The notes below the pieces were generated by a model that did not search any database, was not told where the DNA came from, and saw nothing but the letters and a program-made list of their open reading frames with translations. DNA of 64,000 bases from Pecten maximus. Lineage: Eukaryota. The translations under genes were made by a program, and so were the position numbers. The stretch covers positions 10,416,001 to 10,480,000 of the forward strand of contig NC_047023.1 in the NCBI RefSeq assembly GCF_902652985.1, read 5' to 3'. Below, piece after piece: positions 26,322-39,112 of the stretch; position 1 is the stretch's first letter, and each line of letters opens with the position of its first letter.

Positions 26322-28779
26322 CTGTTGAACAAACAGAAAATGAGATGTTACATATATTGAATTAATGACTTGGTATATCTAAAATATATATATACCTAAT
26401 TTGATTGATTGATGAACCTTCTTAACCTGACCTGTAAATTGATGAGTATAGAAAATTCGTACCAGATTTATTTTATCATTTTTGTAGTTTAGGAAAATGA
26501 ACATTCCAAGTAGAAAGATCTTGATTTAAAAATATTTCTGCAAAAATGCCAAACCCTAGGATTGATTTTGTGTCAGGTGACATAATGCTGTGTGGAAATG
26601 TAATCCCTCATACTTATGATATTGGTATACACACTTTTACCAGATAAAAAGTAAAGAAAATAATTCACACAGTAGGAGATTAGACAAAAGCAACATTTCG
26701 GACTCGGTATGTCGGTATTTTTTAACCTGGGAATGCTTTTCCCTCGAGTTACGGTCCCAAAGTATCTAAAGGTTTCTATTAATCTTTCTTTTAGATTATT
26801 ACAGCATATATGATGTATTCCTATTGTAATTTTGATAATTAAATGATCGATATTCTCCCTTATTAAAAGTAACTTCTTGTATCAATATATCATTGTGTGA
26901 AGTTTAGTATATTGTTATTATTGTACATATCTTACATATTGTTTACCATTATTCCCAAAAGTAATATAGCGTACTGAAACAATTCACTTATATTTTTACA
27001 ATAGCATTGACAACAAGATGACAATGCAGTTGACAACCATTAAAGCCCACTAGAAAAAAAAAGAACTTAAAATTCTTTTTTTTCTAGTGGGCTAAAAGAA
27101 ACTCATACCAAAAAATAAATTAGCCATGTAACACTTTTCAAAGCAGGGTATAACTAGGGGGAATTATATTACTCTGTACTTCGCCTCGGTGTCAGAGATA
27201 AGAAAGGCTGTAAACGTGACCAAGGCTATAAGTGAAAAGTTTCGTGTCTCAATACAATGGTGAATGATATAAATAAACAGTCTCAAAAGGAAAGCACAAT
27301 CACATGAGGTGTCTATATTGTATTTCATTACATTCCGCACTTTATATCATCAGCTTTACAGTACATGAAGTCCCACTTTCTAGCCATTTAACTTAACCCA
27401 TTTCGCTAACACTACAGTATGAATTTTGAAACAATGAGAATAGATCTCGTATCCTAGACTACGGGGTCACGCGCCATTCGGTATACTATCATTAGCACAT
27501 CTCGTACATCCGTAAACATATTAATGTACATTCACTATTAACGCGTCTGGTATCCTTTCTGAGCCCTCTTTAGAGTCGGATACCAGACGCTTCCCTCTTT
27601 TTATAGTGATCTCCTATTAGGTTGCACAATTTTAAATTTCATAGCAGAAAGTAAACAAATAGTTTAGCAGTTTCGACGTCGGTTGGCTTGGTTTTTTATT
27701 TCAATATTTACTTAGCATGTAACAGTGCACCTTTTCATCTTAAAGCGCAGATTTCTTTTCCTTTTTATTATCGTTCAATGTAATAATTATTCAGGTGTTT
27801 TTTGGGAAATGAATTAATATGAGTTCCGATCCCAAATTATAAAAATGTATAGTACATTTGAATTAGTTTTGAATAAAGATTTAGCTCAACTAGCCAGATG
27901 TTGTATGTACACTAAACATTGAAATGATACTAGATATAGATATATATATACTTAGCTATAAGGTAATGTTTACAAAAGATCATATACTACGATAAAACCC
28001 TATTAGTATGGCGACAGGTGCACTTCCTATTTGATTACATGATTTCCACGAAAAATAGAACTAAAAAAAGGAATATACTCGAGGTTTCGTACACATGGGT
28101 TCACACATATGAATTAACAATCTAAGATGCATTGATAGGCAAATTAAACTGCTGCTACCAGTTATAGAATAGCGATCAAGTTTAAAATTTTCAAATACAT
28201 TTAGGCATATATGGACGCCATGAAACTTTTAATTTAAACTGATGTTCTAAAATGTTTATTTGAATGTGGCATCATTTACAGTCAATGTGCAACACCTCTT
28301 ATATGAATTAGCCAAATTGTAATTTACAAATGTTCTACCAACAGCGAAATTATCTTCAATAATCTAAATCTACGTTTAAGCCAAGTTCGCAACCGTGCAT
28401 AAATCATTTCAATAATTATATGCTGAACAACATCTTAACAGAATTAATACCGCTCCGTCATAACACACTGTGAAGGTTACTTAGGTCCAAACATATATAA
28501 CATATGGCTAACTGTATATATATACCTACAATATCTATATAGATAACAAGCCATCTGTTGTACAAGGTTTACATATATCGATATCTACCTTATCAAAACC
28601 ATGTGTTGCTATCTTGAGTCACAATAACAATGTTATATAGTTCTGATAAAACCTATTTTATGTCTACATTGTCATTAGAAACCACTGTTCCTGATCAATT
28701 ATAACGACCAGTTAATGTTAGTAATTAATTAATTAATTAATTAATTAATATATAATAATATATAAATGGTATTCCTTAC

Positions 28780-28830
28780 CTGGTAATCCTGTAACTCCTC
28801 CTCACTGAATACGCTCTGAGTCGTACCCAT
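28780..28830 (-). CDS. CIB1: CIB1-like, exon 1 (N-myristoylation motif)
   Basis: MGTTQSVFSEEELQDYQ, 51 bp, MGxxxS motif, donor CAG|GTAAGG. Confidence 0.92.
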
Positions 28831-29809
28831 ACTGTCTGTAGATGCCTGCTTTACCCTCTGGTTATATCAGGTAAAACAGACGTATCTACATATATTTTTA
28901 AACTTCCTTATATTATACAATCTGTTCAGAAAATCAGGTATCTTTCCAGCCAAATATCAATACACTTGAGATTACTTAACGTGTCACGAATGTTTAAACG
29001 TAATAAACGCTAAGCCACGAGTGTTTAAAACGCCATAAATTACTGGCTATGTGTGGTTTACATTGCAACAAGCAAATACAAATAGAAGTCACCTCATAAA
29101 CTGCGCATATAAAACGGCGTAATGTTACAGTCGTCAAATAGCCACTTAAGAGAGAACCAGGTTTTCCTGTCAATGTCGCTTCGGTGTTAATGTAAGTATG
29201 CAAGCAACGCTCAATTGAGCATTAACATATTCCCAGTTCAAGTAGACCACACAGCTGCAGCATCATACTTCATATGTATTTGTAATTAGCCAAATATTCT
29301 GTCCTCTAAACGACATCTGCATTGTGAGAAAAAAAAACTCTGGTGATGGACACAGCCAGTTGTCGTGGTATATGATTGTCGTTTCACACAAACCACTAAA
29401 CGTACATCAAACACTGTGGTATCAAAGCAGGAAATTATTTATCAAACCAAACAATGAAACAAGATGAAATACTGTGTTATCTTCGGGACAAAGAGCGTCC
29501 AATCGCTAACCTATGGTATACACCGTACTTCCCGGGTACAACAGCGGGTCGATACCGTGCCTAGGATATAGGCCATAGCTGTGGTCGCTCATCATACATA
29601 ATGTATTCAACAGAGCGGAGAAACATCAATTAGATATTCACGAGGAACTATCAATGTTAAACCATATATTTTAATATACCATGGATAGATATCAGATTAC
29701 ATACAATCCGAGAAGGGGAATAATGCTTAACACTTGATATGGACTTTCTGAAGTGCATATGAAGCATACAGAGTCAGACCTTCTTAAAAAGACACTGGCT
29801 TGGAATCGT

Positions 29810-31035
29810 ATATTGTGTGGAACCTTCTGACATACAGACTGGCACAGTATATTGTGTCGGACCTTCTGATATACAGACGAGTACAGTATATTGTGTCAGA
29901 CCTGACATACAGACTGGTACAGTATATTGTGTCAGACCTTCTGACATATAGATTGGTACAGTATATTGTGTCAGACCTGACATACAGACTGGTACAGAAT
30001 ATTGTGTCAGACCTTCTGACATACAGACTGGTACAGTATATTGTGTCGGACCTGACATACAGACTGGTACAGTATATTGTGTCGGACCTGACATACAGAC
30101 TGGTACAGTATATTGTGTCAGACCTTCTGACATACAGACTGGTACAGTATATTGTGTCAGACCTGACATACAGACTGGTACAGTATATTGTGTCGGACCT
30201 GACATACAGACTGGTACAGTGTATTGTGTCGGACCTGACATACAGACTGGTACAGTATATTGTGTCGGACCTGACATACAGACCGGTACAGTATAGTGTG
30301 TCGGACCTGACATACAGACTGGTACAGAATAGGGTGTCGGACCTTCTGACATACAGACTGGTACAGTATATTGTGTCAGACCTTCTGACATACGGACTGG
30401 TACAGTATATTGTGTCAGACCTTCTGACATACAGACTGGTACAGTATATTGTGTCAGACCTGACATACAGACTGGTACAGAATATTGTGTCGGACCTTCT
30501 GACATATAGATTGGTACAGTATATTGTGTCAGACCTTCTGACATACAGACTGGTACGGTATATTGTGTCAGACCTTCTGATATACAGACTGGTACAGTAT
30601 ATTGTGTCAGACCTGACATACAGACTGGTACAGAATATTGTGTCAGACCTTCTGACATACAGACTGGTACAGTATATTGTGTCGGACCTGACACAAAGAC
30701 TGGTACAGTATATTGTGTCAGACCTGACATACAGACTGGTACAGAATATTGTGTCAGACCTTCTGACATACAGACTGGTACGGTATATTGTGTCAGACCT
30801 GACATACAGACTGGTACAGAATATTGTGTCAGACCTTCTGACATACAGACTGGTACAGAATATTGTGTCAGACCTGACATACAGACTGGTACAGTATAGT
30901 GTGTCGGACCTGACATACAGACTGGTACAGTGTATTGTGTCGGACCTGACATACAGACTGGTACAGAATATTGTGTCAGACCTTCTGACATACAGACTGG
31001 TACAGTATATTGTGTCAGACCTTCTGACATACAGT
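29810..31035. repeat. 36/39-bp minisatellite, ~33 copies
   Basis: gacatacagactggtacagtatattgtgtcagacct(tct). It explains the repetitive 418-aa and 444-aa ORFs on both strands. Confidence 0.95.
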
Positions 31036-31141
31036 CTATTTCAGAAGTGTCCTAGAGTTTCTGACAAGAGCTTGACGGACAGGTGTATTCCGGAAAGCAT
31101 TATTGCATGCGTTCGGAGATTTTCTTTGAAATAGGTTGGCA

Positions 31142-31300
31142 AGGTCGGATACAGGATTTTCAGTTAGGGGGCGTGCCAAATTACGTTACTCCTCCGTGAA
31201 AAAATTTTAGCAGGTAAATGCAAAATCCTGTATTCTAATGTATTTCACGATAGATTCATACAATTTTAGGGAATGCGCCCCCCTCCTTAAATCCGCCAGT
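31142..31300. mobile_element. Degenerate MITE-like element
   Basis: Imperfect inverted ends ggtcggatacaggatttt...gggggcg and cgccccccctccttaaatccgcc. Confidence 0.4.
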
Positions 31301-31453
31301 TGTTGGATGAAATTAATCTTACATATACCTATATCAACAATGCATTTATGACGTTAGTTTGTAGATGGAGATTTTCTTTAGTACAATTAATCTCAATATT
31401 CTTTTGATTTACGTTTCTACAGAGAAAACAACGACATTCCTATCTATATCAGG

Positions 31454-33520
31454 AACAAGGGCCCAATGGGCCCAAATCGCTCACCTGCAATGCAGTGATC
31501 TTTTCATATATGGATCCTGCAGTTATTTGAAAGCATGCTACAGGACCAATATAATGTCTCTCTGCACTTTGGCTTTTCACTAAAAGTCATTTAAAGATTT
31601 AAGCATACTTGATCGACGTGACCTTGAATGTGAGTCAGTGTCATTCATTTGAAAACAAATTGGTAGCCCTTCACCGCAGCATGCTACAGACCCAATATTA
31701 ACTCCATGGGACTCTTGGTTATTGAGAAGAAGTCGTTTCAAGATTTTAGTCTTTTTGACTCCTGTGACCTTGAATGAAGGTCAAGGTCATTCATTTGAAC
31801 AAACTTGGTAGCCCTTTACCCCAGCATTTTACAGACCCAATATCAACTCACTGGGACTCTTGGTTATTGAGAAGAAGTCGTTTAAAGATTTTAGCCTTTT
31901 TGACTCCTGTGACCTTGAATGAAGGTCAATGTCATTCATTTGAACAAACTTGAGAGCCCTTCACCCCAGTATGCTACAGGCCAAATATTAGGTCTCTGGG
32001 ACTGTTGGTTATTGAGAAGAAGTGATTTAAAAAAAATTAGCCTTTTTGACTCCTGTGACCTTGAATGAAGGTCAAGGTCATTCAATTGAACAAACTGGGT
32101 AGCCATTTACCGCAGCATGCAACAGACCCAATATCAACTCCCTGGGAGTCTTGGTTATTGAGAAGAAGTCGTTTAAAAATGTTAGCCTTTTTGACTCCTG
32201 TGACCTTGAATGAAGGTCAAGGTCATTCATTTGAACAAACTTATTAGCCCTTTACCCCAGCATGCTACAGGCCAAATATTATGTCTCTGGGACTGTTGGT
32301 TATTGAGAAGAAGTCGTTTAAAGATTTTAGCCTTTTTGACTCCTGTGACCTTGAATGAAGGTCAAGGTCATTCATTTGAACAAGCTTGGTAGCCCTTTAC
32401 CGCAGCATGATACAGACCCAATATCAACTCCCTGGGACTCTTGGTTATTGAGAAGTCGTTTAAAGATTTTAGCCTTTTTGGCCCCTGTGACCTTGAATGA
32501 AGGTCAAGGTCATTCATTTGAACGAACTAGGTAGCACTTCACCCCAGCATGCTACAGACCCAATATCAACTCCCTGGGACTGTTGGTTATTGAGAAGAAA
32601 TCGTTTCAAGATTTTAGCCTTTTTGGCCCATGTGACCTTGAATGAAGGTCAAGGTCATTCATTTGAACGAAACAGGTAGCCCTTCACCCCAGCATGCTAC
32701 AGACCCAATATCAACTCCATGGGACTCTTGGTTATTGAGAAGTCGTTTAAAGATTTTAGTCTTTTTGACCCCTGTGACCTTGAATGAAGGTCAAGGTCAT
32801 TCATTTGAACAAACTTGGTAGCCCTTTATCCCAGCATGCTACAGACCCAATATCAACTCCCTGGGACTGTTGGTTATTGAGAAGAAGTCGTTTAAAGATT
32901 TTAGCCTTTTTGACTCCTTTGACCTTGAATGAAGGTCGAGGTCATTCATTTGAACAAACTTGGTAGCCCTTTACCCCAGCATGCTACAGACCCAATATCA
33001 ACTCCCTGGGAGTCTTTGTTATTGAGAAGTCGTTTAAAATGTTTAGCCTTTTTGACTCCTGTGACCTTGAATGAAGGTCAAGGTCATTCATTTGAACAAA
33101 CTTGGGAACCCTTCACCCTAGCATGCTGCAGTCCAAATATTAGGTCTCTGGAACTGTTGGTTATTGAGAAGAAGTCGTTTAAAGATTTTAGCCTTTTTGG
33201 CTCCTGTGACCTTGAATGAAGGTCAAGGTCATTCATTTGAACAAACTTGGTAGCCCTTCACCCCAGCATACTACAGACCCAATATCAAGTCCCTGGGTCT
33301 TTTGGCTATTTAGAAGTCGTTTATTTTTTTTTTTAGCATATTTGACCCCTGTGACCTTGAATGAAGGTCAAGGTCATTCATTTGAACAAACTTGGTAGCC
33401 CTGCACCCCAGCATGCTACAGACCCAATATCAACTCCCTGGGACTCTTGGTTATTGAGAAGAAGTTGTTTAAAGATTTTAGCCTTTTTGACCCCTGTGAC
33501 CTTGAATTAAGGTCAAGGTC
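31454..33520 (+). mobile_element. Helentron-associated (HINE-type) element carrying a ~142-145-bp satellite array (~13 copies); right end missing
   Basis: Left end acaagggcccaatgggcccaaatcgctcacctg. The unit contains gtgaccttgaatgaaggtcaaggtca (period 145, e.g. 32065/32210), as in bivalve HINE-embedded satellites. No ...ggtgagctaaa right end seen. Confidence 0.8.
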
Positions 33521-36500
33521 AACAGAATCCATTTATCACAAAAATCATAGCAAACACCGTCTATACAGGGAGTTGTAATATTTAAAAGATTTGAAATTAA
33601 TGGAATTTCTTTACATAGAATATCAGAGTACATTAATGTCTTTTAGGAAATCAAGAGTATTTTGGATTTTGTTAGAGGGAATCAACAAGAATCGTGTTAT
33701 CGTAACCTGTGTTTTACCCCCAAAAAAAATCTAAATATTTTCATGACTCGTTTTTGTTATGGTAAATACCTCATCAATTTTCCAGGAACATTTATCTCCG
33801 CAAGGCGGGAATAAAGATCGATGATAAAAAAACACTAAAATAGCTATTACATATTTTATTTGGAATACTTATCCTCTCATCATGAGGAAAATCGCCAACA
33901 CAACAAAATACAATGTATACAGAAATATCAATATATAATTAGATGTCTGGAAACATCAAACAACACACTAACCTACTTTGAAAAGTATGTCCCGCGGTGT
34001 GTGAATTTGCCCAGTGTCTGCAGAAATGTTTGGAATTTATCGCTTATACAAATCCCCTACCCAAAACAACCACAGATGTTTGACATTCCTTATTAATCTG
34101 GAACCCAACCTCAGCCCACTGTTTGACTGGCTTGCTTTTCCTGAGACTGTGTCTTTGACACAAGTATATTTGCAATTTTTGTGGTTATAAACTTTAAAAA
34201 AAAAAAATGTTTTCTTCAAAATCATTCTGATCTTCACAGAAAGTTAATCAAAATAACAGTTTAAAAAAAAAAAAAAAAAAATGTTTGTATTGCTCCAGAA
34301 AAAAAGGATAATTTTCAGCTTTTGTCTGAATGATGACTAGATGACAAGGCCAGCTTACCAATAGAACAAACATCTAGTAACAACACAACAATAAAAGCAA
34401 AACAAAAGAAATCATAAATATCAACAAAAAAAAACCCCAAAAATAGGAACCCCACGCAGAATGTAAAATAGCATCACCAGACTCCTCATCTCTGTGACAC
34501 TACATTTATGTAATTGTTAATTTATGACACTGTATTTGAGTTTATTAAAAAAAGAAAAATTACGTTCATGGCCCATAGGTTTATAACCCAATGAAGAAAT
34601 GGAGAACATATCACACACAGCAGCCATGATGTGACAGAGAATATGGGTTAAAATATGTATCAGCATAAAATCCAAATGGAGTGAAATGTGTAAATCAGGC
34701 TGCTAGAGTCCCTTTGTTGTGCCAGACAACCAAAACATTGTGACTGCACAGGCATAATGTAAAATTACAATAACATTTACAATAATTTATATAAAACAAT
34801 TCCATCTAACACTAAAATCACACAACAATATATACATTATATATCTATATACACATAATATATACATCAATTATCTGCATATCAATGTCAAATTGACATC
34901 AAACCTCAATGACATGGACAACTTTAAAAAGACTAGTATTTCATGTATTTAACGACAATATCGACAAACAGTAAGTCTTTACATTTTTGAACTAGATCTA
35001 TAATAATACATTGTAGTAAATGTAGATTTTATATATACAATTGTTCATGGAAATTTAATGATGCATTATTTCAACAGTTTCCCTACTCTATACAAATACA
35101 AGCTTTTAATACAAATTTATATCAATCATATATAGGGTCTAGATTCATTATTCTCCACATACTGTCATACATAGCGTACTACATCCATCATAGGAAGATA
35201 GACACTTCTTAATATTGAAACGCAGTCTTACCTCATTACCTCGAAGTTAATACGGCAATGAAAAAATTTCCGAGATATCCAGAGTTTTCGAGGTAACAAA
35301 GTTATTTTTTCTACATAAATTCGTTTTAATGTTTGAACTTAAACATTTATTTCAAATTAAGCAAGGTCTTCGAGCTATCAGTTTGAGATAACAAGTTTGT
35401 CAACGTATCTGAGGAGTTGCAGGTATTTTCTCCCTCTTGATAACGATAGCTGGATAGGTATTGTCTAAAAAAACTTTAACAAATCTGTCCAACATTTTCT
35501 GGTACACGTAAGTTATCAGATAATTTTAATTTTATCACTTTAGAAAATAAGAAACTATGTGTCAATATGTACATTGCATGTGTTATTTCATAACTTTATT
35601 TTCAGGACAATAAACTTTAAAATTTAAGCCTTGTGTAATAAAAGCGATACGTAATAAAACTTGGGGATGGATTTGGCCCTCAAATACCAAAGCAGTATTT
35701 TGTACAAGTTAACACACATACTATATTATTTCTACATTGATCTGTCAGGCAGTTATACTTCATTGGAATACACTGACGCAGTTGGTTAACTTAGAATAGT
35801 TCACAAGGGATGTAGTTAAAAGAAGGACGTTTTTGAATGTGTACATGTACACGTTTAAAATATAACTAAAACCTACACAATTATTTCAACATCAGCCAAG
35901 GACTACAATATAGGTACACTTATCGCAAGTTATCGGGAATGACAATCTGTACGCTTTACCATGCCAACACCAGAAACCGTATAGGAAAATGAAATCGTGA
36001 TATTGCAGAAAATTACAAAAATGAAACCAGAGCAATTATGTCATACAGTTTTTTTTGTTTGATTAATAAAGTTGGTCTTGAGCCAGGCCGGGATGTTTGC
36101 AGTACAAGAATTTAAATATTGACTGATGTTAATATTTCTATATAAATAGCAATTCAGTATTCTGTTGATGTCATAGGATTTTTTTTTTTTTTTTGCCTAG
36201 TTTATTTCTCTTGGCCTATTTTACATTGATTACTGAGCTACTCTGATACCAGTGCCATAATGCCAGCTACATAAAACTAGTGCAGTTATGATTCGTTCCA
36301 ATTGCTTCAAACGTAACATCAAATCTTTGCGTCGTCGTTGATGTTCTTTTGCATTCCGACATCAAAAACAAGAAAGTTTGGAGAGAAAAGTATCTGTATG
36401 AATTTTGTTCTCATGACCAACATTTCTCAAGACCTGTTATTTTGCCAACCCCAGGCAAGAGACTTTTGAATTTGACTCTAATTTTGAAAATAGATTTTCC

Positions 36501-39112
36501 GTAAAACTTCTTTTTGTTCATGATTTTTAAATCCAATTAGTCCAGAAGACATAGAAGCTTAAAATGTGTATTGTAAGGTATCAGTTTGCCAAAAGGTGGT
36601 CAATGAATTCCAAGAAGTTGGCAAGAATGTATAGCAATTCCACATGGTTCACAATGTACTATTGCAATATTTCTGTAGGGTGTATCTTTTGATCATTATA
36701 GCGATACGGTAAATCACTTAATATAAAAAATTTTGTTAAAAAACACTTTTTTTCAATTTTCTTAAAAGATCACAAGTCACTAATAAAAAAACAAAACATA
36801 ACATATATTGTATAATGACACATATAATTTGATTTCAAACATTCTCCCATGAGGTAGCATGCAAATTATACACACAACTAAAAACACTCACTCAGAAGTC
36901 TTTCAATGACAAATTGCCAAAATTATCTGAAACTAACAAGTTATCCAATGATAATGTCTTATGTGTCACAGAATGCCATTATAGAATAAAATTCTAGATA
37001 TTTCTAAACGAAAAATATGTTTTTAAAAAAGATAAACGGCATATATAGTTTTAATGCTGGTGGTTATAATGTAAAACTGATGGTGAAATAAATCAACGAA
37101 CTAATGCATTTCAGCACGGATAACAAAATTATATCGATTTGAATCATTTTTGGTGATAATAAGACTGCATTTGAATCAGGAATATAATTTTATTTATGTG
37201 TCATTTGAAAAGATACATCCACTTATTCAGCTTGCATTCTTAACTTTGTTTCGTTTTTAACTGCATATCTGAATTTTGCATTTACTGCTACATTGACCAA
37301 TCACATACTTCATCTTGACCAGTAACGCCACCTGTCACGTCATATCCAGGGTCAAAAGAATATTATACGGCTATCCCGAAAATTTTTACATTACTGGAAC
37401 TTACATGAAGAAGTTCTATATGATTATATACATCTTCAGATTGGTGCTTTGATTAATGTTGGTGTAAAAATTCTGAGCTGTCAATGGAGTTTCCTAGAGA
37501 AAAATGTGCGTTCGAACTATGTGCATGTTCGAACTCACTGGAGGTTAACCGTAGTTTTTTTTCGAAGAAAAAATCATAAGGTCTTTAATTAGAAATTAAA
37601 AATCGTAAATACCTCACCCAATTAACTTATGGAATTTGTTTTAACATCAAGGAGATAATAATACAATAATATGTTACAGACTACCAAAAAATATCAACAG
37701 GTCTTTTGAAGACAACTTTTGTTCATTTGTACATTTCCAGTTTTCAATATGTGTATTTCATATTTGATACAGTACTTTAAAATGCAAGTTTACATATGAC
37801 TTCTACAAATGCTTTCCATATATATGAGACAATTTGGTATAAATGGTATATGCAGATACATTTGAAAAATGCAATATACACATTCAAATAATAGTTTACA
37901 TCTAAAAGCCACTAACCTTGACACAATCTATGTTTTAAAGTGTAGAAACTAAAGCAGACTTTGCTAATAAAATATCTAAAACTTGTGCACCCACAAAATA
38001 TTACTGTGTAATTATAATCATAAGATGTTCAGAAAAAATATTACACTACTTTTTAGATGTGATTTTCATTTAAAATACTTTCATATTTTTTCTCACATGC
38101 AATTAAGTTTATCAAGTGGTCCTATATACATGTATGGTATGCCAATTTTTTCAGATGAATATTTTTTTTCACATACACAACTTAGTTCTATATATGGTAG
38201 GCCTATTTTTTCAGAGATATTTTAATAAAAAAAATTCATGTGTAATTAATTTCTATCAATTGGTCCTATATTTGGTATGCCTTTTTTCAGATCTTGTAAA
38301 AAATTAAATCCAGGGTAAATTGCATTATAATACTGGTACACCCAACAAAATGACTGTTCTAGCTATCTAATGGACCACACTGGTCGCAACTATTCTTTTA
38401 CTTCATATATATAAAATCTAGAAAATAACAGCAAAAAAAAGCTAGGAAATATTAATCAATAAATGAATACAAAAAATCAAAATCAAAATTATTAATATGA
38501 ATATACCATATCAAGTAAATTCAATGATTAAAACTTCCATAGGTTTTATTAAATGGAATTATATATCCACCATTTACCAATACACTAGTACAGGTGAGCT
38601 ACATTTGCATATATTTACCTTGGTATTTTCATTTTACATATAGGTAAGTGGTTTGACAGATAAGTAAAGCCACATTTACAACTACATATCAACAATTGGT
38701 CTATGTAATTAAAATATTTTTTTTGAAAATATGATGTGCGAGTCTTAAATCAAACGTATACATCAACTGTTGAATTTAACATTACTGTATTACTGTTTGG
38801 TTAAATAGAAATAACGAAAAGCTCCAGTCTCATTTCTCTAGGGCACCAAGATTTTGTAGTCAGTTTGGCCTCAGGTATGCAGGGAAGGGAGACAACTCGC
38901 AAAAAAATACTGAATATTTCATTTACACTAGTACTTCTACACATGTACACATATACTACTTTGATAATCACCAATAAATATTCAATCAGATTAAAAAATT
39001 CAATTTGTATAATGTATAAATATGATATTGAGAACAATAATGAAACACAACAAAGTTTAATTGATACATTGTCCGACTATGCTATATAAAAATGCTGTTA
39101 AAATCAGGATTA

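Noticed and set aside
32065-33398. Series of 60-aa ORFs beginning MKVKVIHLNKLG...
   Set aside because: Translation artefacts of the ~145-bp satellite monomer.
33855-39112. Possible ~5-kb 3' UTR of the zinc-finger gene
   Set aside because: AT-rich with several minus-strand AATAAA candidates, but the end cannot be fixed without transcript data.
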